From IMG/VR virus record IMGVR_UViG_2713896832_000003: a DNA stretch of 20,937 bases; one strand, written 5' to 3'. The stretch is from a virus. Its lineage: Duplodnaviria; Heunggongvirae; Uroviricota; Caudoviricetes. This document shows positions 15,472 through 20,937 of this stretch, piece after piece. Each line of letters starts with the position of its first letter. The stretch's first letter is position 1. The translations under genes and the position numbers were made by a program. Below the pieces are notes generated by a model. It ran no database searches and was not told where the DNA came from. It was given only the letters and a program-made list of their open reading frames with translations.

Positions 15472-16289
15472 AACTGGAAGATTTACCGAAATACTACTCC
15501 CCAAAATCCCCTGGCCTGACCGATGCATCGGCCTCAACGTCAAAAGATGCGCTGAGTATCACTGATGTGATGGCCGCGCAGGGCATGACACAGAATCGGG
15601 CTGAGATGGGTTTTTCTGCGTTCCTGGGGAAAATGGGCATCAGTATGAATGACAGGGCGCGGGCAACAGAATTACTGGCAGATTATGCACTCAGTCGGTG
15701 CGATCGTGTGGCGGCGTTGAGAAAGCTTCCGGCAGAAATAAAACCGGTAGTGATGCGCATTATGGCTTCGTACGCTTTTGAGGATTATGCCCGCAGCGCA
15801 GCGAGTAAAAAGCAGTGCCCTTGTTGCTATGGGGAAAAATTTATTGAAAGCGTAGTTTTTACAAACAAGGTCCAGTATCCGGATGGTAAGCCGCCGGTAT
15901 GGGCAAAGTGTACGAAAGGTGTGTATCCGTCTTACTGGGAAGAATGGAAAAAAGTCAGGGAGGTGGTAAAAGTTGCCTGTCCGGAGTGTGGCGGAAAGGG
16001 TGAGGTTTCCACCGCCTGTAAGGATTGCCGTGGGCGTGGTGTCGCCATTCATCGTGAAGAGTCGGTAAAACGTGGTATGCCTGTTATCAGAGACTGCCAG
16101 CGTTGTGGTGGTCGTGGCTATGAAAGACTACCATCAACGGAGGCATTTAATGCTATATGCGAGGTGACAAACCAGATAACACGCGCGTCATGGGAAAAAA
16201 CAGTTAAGAAATTCTATGATGCGCTGGTGACCCGGTTTGATATTGAAGAAGCATGGGCTGAGCGGCAGTTAAAAAAGGTAACTAGGTAA
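15468..16289 (+). CDS. late-gene antitermination protein Q
   Basis: 273 aa with Cys-rich zinc-binding clusters (CPECGGKGE...CKDCRGRG...CQRCGGRG); ATGA overlap with the rusA stop; followed by a late-promoter-like sequence and terminator. Confidence 0.85.
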   Translation: MKLEDLPKYYSPKSPGLTDASASTSKDALSITDVMAAQGMTQNRAEMGFSAFLGKMGISMNDRARATELLADYALSRCDRVAALRKLPAEIKPVVMRIMASYAFEDYARSAASKKQCPCCYGEKFIESVVFTNKVQYPDGKPPVWAKCTKGVYPSYWEEWKKVREVVKVACPECGGKGEVSTACKDCRGRGVAIHREESVKRGMPVIRDCQRCGGRGYERLPSTEAFNAICEVTNQITRASWEKTVKKFYDALVTRFDIEEAWAERQLKKVTR

Positions 16290-16294
16290 CAAGG

Positions 16295-16322
16295 TTGATT
16301 TTTCCGGAATCTGTGGTAAATT
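16295..16322 (+). promoter_or_regulatory. PR'-like late promoter candidate (-35 TTGATT, 16-bp spacer, -10 TAAATT)
   Basis: Hexamers 5 nt downstream of the Q stop at lambda-like position; the Q-utilisation site would overlap. Confidence 0.4.
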
Positions 16323-16371
16323 CGTCATAACGATGGGCGTTTTATGCCTGACGTTAGAAGAGTTTCTACAA

Positions 16372-16393
16372 CCCGCCGCCGAGCGGGTTTTTT
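16372..16393 (+). terminator. tR'-like rho-independent terminator
   Basis: CCCGC-CGCCGA-GCGGG hairpin followed by TTTTTT, ~70 nt downstream of the candidate promoter. Confidence 0.55.
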
Positions 16394-16432
16394 ATTGCGG
16401 AATTAATTATGGACCGTTATTATTCTGCTCCC

Positions 16433-16508
16433 GGCCCTTTAGCTCAGTGGTGAGAGCGAGCGACTCATAATCGACAGGTCGCTGGGTCAAATCCAGCAAG
16501 GGCCACCA
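16433..16508 (+). tRNA. tRNA, anticodon CAU, Ile2 (ileX-like)
   Basis: 76 nt; 7-bp acceptor stem GGCCCTT/AAGGGCC, 4-bp D stem, anticodon loop CTCATAA, discriminator A and encoded CCA. Resembles E. coli tRNA-Ile2 as recalled, but has two mismatches in the anticodon stem and G at T-loop position 54. Confidence 0.7.
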
Positions 16509-16509
16509 A

Positions 16510-16586
16510 CCGTCACCAGTTCATCAGGAAAGAGCGTCAACCCTTTAAGTTGAGTGTGCGAGGTTCGAGTCCCCGGTGGCGGTCCA
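16510..16586 (+). tRNA. atypical tRNA-like gene, anticodon loop CCTTTAA (anticodon UUU if functional); possibly a pseudo-tRNA
   Basis: Folds as a cloverleaf with encoded CCA, but has C1-G72, C at position 8, C at position 33 and one T-stem mismatch. Confidence 0.4.
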
Positions 16587-16588
16587 GT

Positions 16589-16664
<76 letters not shown>

Positions 16665-16667
16665 TAT

Positions 16668-16742
<75 letters not shown>

Positions 16743-16748
16743 GTTAGA

Positions 16749-16794
16749 GTCTTTCAGTCTGCGATGATGGGAAATCCCGGAGTGACTGAAAGAC
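16749..16794. repeat. 11-bp perfect inverted repeat hairpin (GTCTTTCAGTC ... GACTGAAAGAC) immediately after the last tRNA
   Basis: Arms at 16749-16759 and 16784-16794 with a 24-nt loop containing GGGAAATCCC. Confidence 0.45.
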
Positions 16795-16801
16795 GTTTAA
16801 G

Positions 16802-16874
16802 TTATGAATGATCGCTTTTTTTTGCAAAATTGCTGTGCAGAAATACTAACCTTCGGGCAGGCGATCATTCATAA
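16802..16874. repeat. 14-bp perfect inverted repeat pair (TTATGAATGATCGC ... GCGATCATTCATAA) separated by 45 bp
   Basis: Arms at 16802-16815 and 16861-16874; the spacer begins with T8. Confidence 0.45.
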
Positions 16875-16948
16875 GCACTCTGCTTTTATTCCGATTAACT
16901 GTGGGTGGTTTGTTGGATAGAGTGCTTTCCTTACTGTATATATTGTTT

Positions 16949-16975
16949 CGCCCGCTTTTGCGGGCTTTTCTTTTC
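16949..16975 (+). terminator. rho-independent terminator candidate upstream of the J fragment
   Basis: GCCCGC-TTTT-GCGGGC hairpin followed by TTTTCTTTTC. Confidence 0.5.
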
Positions 16976-17034
16976 AAATCCCTTTCATTTCTCAGTGTAA
17001 AACTACGCCATCCGTTATTTGCGGAGGTGAGGCT

Positions 17035-19197
17035 ATGAAATCCATGGACAAAATTTCAACGGGCATTGCCTATGGCACCTCCGCAGGCAGTGCTGGCTAC
17101 TGGTTTTTACAGCTGCTCGATAAAGTCACGCCCTCACAGTGGGCAGCAATAGGTGTGCTGGGTATCCGCACCGGCGGGCGCGTGCTGGCGGTAAACAGCC
17201 AGACCCGGACGCTGACGCTCGACCGTGAAATCACGCTGCCATCTTCCGGCACCACGCTGATAAGCCTGGTTGACGGGCAGGGGAGTCCGGTCAGCGTGGA
17301 GGTTCAGTCCGTCACCGACGGCGTGAAGGTGAAAGTGAGCCGTGTTCCTGACGGCGTTGCTGAATACAGCGTATGGGGGCTGAAGCTGCCGACGCTGCGC
17401 CAGCGCCTGTTCCGCTGCGTGAGTATCCGTGAGAACGACGACGGCACGTATGCCATCACCGCCGTGCAGCATGTACCGGAAAAAGAGGCCATCGTGGATA
17501 ACGGGGCGCACTTTGACGGCGACCAGAGCGGCACGGTAAATGGTGTCACGCCGCCAGCGGTGCAGCACCTGACCGCAGAAGTCACCGCAGACAGCGGGGA
17601 ATACCAGGTGCTGGCCCGCTGGGACACGCCGAAGGTGGTGAAGGGCGTGAGCTTCCTGCTTCGCCTGACCGTGGCAGCGGATGACGGCCGTGAGCGGCTG
17701 GTCAGCACGGCCCGGACGACGGAAACCACTTACCGCTTCACACAACTGGCTCTGGGGAACTACAGGCTGACAGTCCGGGCAGTAAATGCGCGGGGGCAGC
17801 AGGGCGATCCGGCGTCGGTATCGTTCCGGATTGCCGCACCGGCAGCGCCGTCGCGGATTGAGCTGACGCCGGGCTATTTTCAGATAACCGCCACGCCGCA
17901 TCTTGCGGTTTATGACCCGACGGTACAGTTTGAGTTCTGGTTCTCGGAAAAACGGATTGCGGATATCAGGCAGGTTGAAACCAGCGCGCGTTATCTTGGT
18001 ACGGCACTGTACTGGATAGCCGCCAGTATCAATATCAAACCGGGCCATGATTATTATTTTTACGTTCGCAGTGTGAACACCGTTGGCAAATCGGCATTCG
18101 TGGAGGCTGTCGGTCAGCCGAGTGATGATGCATCAGGCTATCTGGATTTTTTCAAAGGCGAGATAGGGAAAACCCATCTGGCTCAGGAGCTGTGGACGCA
18201 GATTGATAACGGTCAGCTTGCGCCTGACCTGACTGAAATCAGGACGTCCATAACGGATGTCAGCAATGAAATAACACAGACCGTCAATAAGAAACTGGAA
18301 GACCAGAGTGCAGCGATCCAGCAGATACAGAAGGTTCAGGTTGATACAAATAATAACCTGAACAGCATGTGGGCAGTGAAGCTGCAGCAGATGCAGGACG
18401 GACGCCTTTATATTGCGGGTATCGGTGCCGGTATTGAGAACACCCCTGACGGCATGCAGAGTCAGGTGCTGCTGGCAGCAGACAGGATTGCGATGATTAA
18501 TCCTGCGAATGGCAACACAAAGCCGATGTTTGTTGGTCAGGGCGATCAGATATTCATGAATGAAGTGTTCCTGAAACGCCTGACGGCCCCCACCATTACC
18601 AGCGGCGGTAATCCTCCGGCATTTTCCCTGACATCAGACGGGAGACTGACGGCGAAAAATGCGGATATCAGTGGCAGTGTGAATGCGAACTCAGGAACGC
18701 TCAACAATGTCACGATTAACCAGAACTGTACGATTAAGGGCATGCTGGAGGCGACCCAGGTCAGAGGAGATTTCGTTAAAGCTGTATCAAAAGCCTTCCC
18801 GAAAAAAGTCGGTACGTGGGGTAACACGGAAACACCAAACGGTACGGTTACAGTAACCATCAGCGATGATCATAACTTTGACCGCCAGATTATTATTCCG
18901 CCCATTATTTTTAACGGTATAGCGTATGACGATCCGGGGAGCGGAAATAACCCAGGAGGCACGCGATACACGGGTTATGGTTTTGAAGTTCGCAAAAACG
19001 GCGTATTAATCGCATCCAGAGAAACTAAAGGGGCCATTCCCGGTAGTTACAGTGCAGTTATTGATATGCCGAGTGGCAGGGGAAGCGTCACTCTGGAGTT
19101 TAAGATTTTCCAGAAAGGCAATCAGGGGGCAGGCAATATCACCGACTGTACGGTGATTGTGACCAAAAAAGCGGCTTCCGGCATCAGTATTCGTTGA
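17035..19197 (+). CDS. host-specificity (tail tip) protein J, C-terminal ~720 codons only
   Basis: Extensive match to the recalled distal part of lambda J (...[36 protein letters not shown]...; ...[26 protein letters not shown]...). ATG 17035 has a GGAGGTGA RBS; the upstream in-frame sequence is not J-like and runs through a terminator hairpin. Full-length J is ~1130 aa. Confidence 0.85.
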   Translation: MKSMDKISTGIAYGTSAGSAGYWFLQLLDKVTPSQWAAIGVLGIRTGGRVLAVNSQTRTLTLDREITLPSSGTTLISLVDGQGSPVSVEVQSVTDGVKVKVSRVPDGVAEYSVWGLKLPTLRQRLFRCVSIRENDDGTYAITAVQHVPEKEAIVDNGAHFDGDQSGTVNGVTPPAVQHLTAEVTADSGEYQVLARWDTPKVVKGVSFLLRLTVAADDGRERLVSTARTTETTYRFTQLALGNYRLTVRAVNARGQQGDPASVSFRIAAPAAPSRIELTPGYFQITATPHLAVYDPTVQFEFWFSEKRIADIRQVETSARYLGTALYWIAASINIKPGHDYYFYVRSVNTVGKSAFVEAVGQPSDDASGYLDFFKGEIGKTHLAQELWTQIDNGQLAPDLTEIRTSITDVSNEITQTVNKKLEDQSAAIQQIQKVQVDTNNNLNSMWAVKLQQMQDGRLYIAGIGAGIENTPDGMQSQVLLAADRIAMINPANGNTKPMFVGQGDQIFMNEVFLKRLTAPTITSGGNPPAFSLTSDGRLTAKNADISGSVNANSGTLNNVTINQNCTIKGMLEATQVRGDFVKAVSKAFPKKVGTWGNTETPNGTVTVTISDDHNFDRQIIIPPIIFNGIAYDDPGSGNNPGGTRYTGYGFEVRKNGVLIASRETKGAIPGSYSAVIDMPSGRGSVTLEFKIFQKGNQGAGNITDCTVIVTKKAASGISIR

Positions 19198-19267
19198 AAT
19201 ATTTATAACCCCAATAAAGGGCGTCAGGAATGACGCCTTTTTTATTGCAGAAAAGCGAGAGGTAATT

Positions 19268-19663
19268 ATGCGTAAAGTTTGTGCAGCAATTTTGTCCGCA
19301 GCCATTTGTCTGGCCGTATCCGGTGCGCCTGCATGGGCGTCTGAACATCAGTCCACGCTGAGCGCGGGGTATCTTCATGCCCGGACCAACGTTCCCGGCA
19401 GTGATGATCTGAACGGGATTAACGTGAAATATCGTTATGAGTTTACGGATACGCTGGGGCTGGTGACGTCATTCAGCTATGCAGGAGACAAGAATCGCCA
19501 GCTGACCCGTTACAGCGATACCCGCTGGCATGAAGATTCCGTGCGTAACCGCTGGTTCAGCGTGATGGCGGGGCCGTCTGTGCGCGTGAATGAATGGTTC
19601 AGCGCGTATGCGATGGTACTGGTGGAAGAACTATCGAGCAAGCACGTGCGAACTTGCGGGTAA
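19268..19663 (+). pseudogene. lom: lom (Ail/Lom outer-membrane protein), 3'-truncated at about codon 118
   Basis: N-terminal 118 residues match recalled lambda Lom (signal peptide ...AAICLAVSGAPAWASEHQSTLSAGYLHA...NEWFSAYAM), then diverge into 13 unrelated codons and a stop. Lom is ~206 aa. Confidence 0.75.
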
Positions 19664-20937
19664 TGTATGAGCAAAAAGCTGGCCTTGCTAATACTGACCT
19701 AAACACCCTTACCGGTGAATATTCTGGTTTCTATCAACAACCAACGAGCGCTTACGCAACAGAAGAGTTAAATTACCCAATCGGTCTGGCGGGCGCTTTA
19801 ATAGTGCTCCAAACGAGAGCCAACACTGCTTCTTCCTGCGTTCAGGTGTACCACCCTTATAATAATCCGGGAATTACTTATAGACGAATATATGAAGGAG
19901 GTAGCGGTACCTGGTCTGAATGGAAGAGAGATGTATCAACAGAAAGGGTTGAAGAGGGAAAAGAAACAACTTACGTATATTCTACGTATTCTTCAGGCGC
20001 ACCACGCTTACAGGTTTCCAAATCTGGTTTGTGGGGTTGTCATAATGGCACTGGCTGGTTGCCATTAGCTGTTGGGCAAGGAGGTACAGGTGCGACAACA
20101 GTAGAAGATGCGCGAAACAACTTAAGTCTTGGCGAAAGTAGCGCAGTTAAATTTAAAAACCTTACTTTAACCGAAGCGCTCGACACGACATTAGGACTGC
20201 TTACAAAAACAGGACGAGACTGGAACACGCAGCATACTGATAACATTAATAAATTTATACCAATTGCAGGCAGTACAAACGGCCCGGCAGGCTCTATGGT
20301 TCTTGGCGGCATTCATGTTCAATTTAGTAAAAATTATGCTGTGCAGTTCGGAGGCCGCAATTCCGGTTTTTGGGGAAGAACAATTGAAAATGGAACGACA
20401 CAGGAATGGAAGAAATTACTAACAGTAGACGATCTCAATTCATCTACCGATCTTGCTGTCAGGTCATTAACCACATCTAACCCGGTAAAATCTGGCGGAG
20501 GGCGAATTGATGTCCTTGGAAGCACGTCAGACTATAGCAAAATGGATTGCTTTGTACGTGGGTTTGATAGCACCGGTAATTCTCTCGTGTGGGCGTTGGG
20601 TTCATCAGTCGGCGTAAGTAAGATGCTATCGCTAAAAAATTTCTTTAGCGGAGCTGAGATACTGTTAAATGGTAATGACGGCGCGGTTCAACTCAAAACA
20701 GGTGCTGTTAACGGGGCTACAGCGCAGACGCTCACTATCAACAAGAATGAGGTTAACTCAACCGTTGATTTAACCCTTACAAAGCAATCAGGGACTGGTA
20801 ATCGTTTTGTTTTACAGAACTCAGGTAATGCAGAACTACCGTTTTCTGTCAGGGTGTGGGGTTCCAGTACTCGACAAAACGTTTTTGAGGTTGGAACGTC
20901 TGCTGCGTATCTGTTTTATGCGCAAAAAACGTCAGCA
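19594..20937 (+). CDS. tail-fibre-like protein, partial (runs off the window end)
   Basis: Open frame (≡1 mod 3) from ATG 19594 (alternative ATG 19663) to the window end; not in the ORF track because no stop is reached. Gly/Ser/Thr-rich with repeated ...GG(R/A)T(I/V)E(Q/D)AR(A/N)NL... motifs typical of side tail fibres; overlaps the lom remnant in another frame. Confidence 0.55.
   Translation, partial: MVQRVCDGTGGRTIEQARANLRVMYEQKAGLANTDLNTLTGEYSGFYQQPTSAYATEELNYPIGLAGALIVLQTRANTASSCVQVYHPYNNPGITYRRIYEGGSGTWSEWKRDVSTERVEEGKETTYVYSTYSSGAPRLQVSKSGLWGCHNGTGWLPLAVGQGGTGATTVEDARNNLSLGESSAVKFKNLTLTEALDTTLGLLTKTGRDWNTQHTDNINKFIPIAGSTNGPAGSMVLGGIHVQFSKNYAVQFGGRNSGFWGRTIENGTTQEWKKLLTVDDLNSSTDLAVRSLTTSNPVKSGGGRIDVLGSTSDYSKMDCFVRGFDSTGNSLVWALGSSVGVSKMLSLKNFFSGAEILLNGNDGAVQLKTGAVNGATAQTLTINKNEVNSTVDLTLTKQSGTGNRFVLQNSGNAELPFSVRVWGSSTRQNVFEVGTSAAYLFYAQKTSA

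Noticed and set aside
15090-16052. ORFs 15090..15290 (+), 15192..15386 (-), 15355..15543 (-) and 15672..16052 (-) overlapping rusA and Q
   Set aside because: Alternative-frame or antisense ORFs within two confidently identified genes.
16931-16946. LexA-box-like CTGTATATAT upstream of the J fragment
   Set aside because: Only the CTGT half-site is present; the partner ACAG at the correct spacing is missing.
17134-18048. Minus-strand ORFs of 304 aa and 141 aa (17304..17729) antisense to the J fragment
   Set aside because: Arg/Pro/Ala-rich translations in a GC-rich region opposite a strongly supported J coding frame; antisense artefacts.
18546-19378. Minus-strand ORFs 18546..18860, 19006..19305 and 19184..19378
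   Set aside because: Antisense to the J fragment and the lom remnant.
20040-20525. Minus-strand ORFs 20040..20312 and 20334..20525
   Set aside because: Antisense to the tail-fibre-like frame that runs through the region.

Overview
The window reads as the integrase-proximal ~20 kb of a Qin-like lambdoid prophage in an Escherichia-type genome; all protein identifications rest on my reading of the translated ORFs and recalled family features, not on a database search. Left to right: a host junction (C-terminal part of an RspB-like Zn-dependent dehydrogenase gene and a 37-codon 5' stub of an MFS transporter gene), then a leftward operon int - xis-like - exonuclease VIII-like - ydfD-like - dicB. 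Rightward follow a lambda O-like replication initiator containing five iterons at exact 23-bp spacing, and a 140-aa unknown protein. Next is a ~5.5 kb AT-rich cargo island (7.1-12.6 kb) carrying a GIY-YIG nuclease-domain protein, a 449-aa unknown protein, a FimB/FimE-like short tyrosine recombinase and a protein with an Mrr-like nuclease motif, bracketed by four copies of a ~24-bp palindrome. The island is the best candidate for an undescribed system, most plausibly defence-related. Downstream are hokD (without relBE), rem-like, a 92-aa ORF, ydfU-like, rusA and Q, then a PR'-like promoter, tR'-like terminator and four tandem tRNAs (Ile2-like CAU, an atypical one, Thr-UGU, Gly-UCC). The tRNAs are joined within ~290 bp to the 3' ~720 codons of a J-like tail tip gene, a 3'-truncated lom and a tail-fibre-like ORF running off the window. 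No lysis, terminase, head or tail-shaft genes lie between Q and J, and no cI/cro-type immunity genes were recognised, so the prophage looks defective. No CRISPR array, IS element or rRNA was seen.
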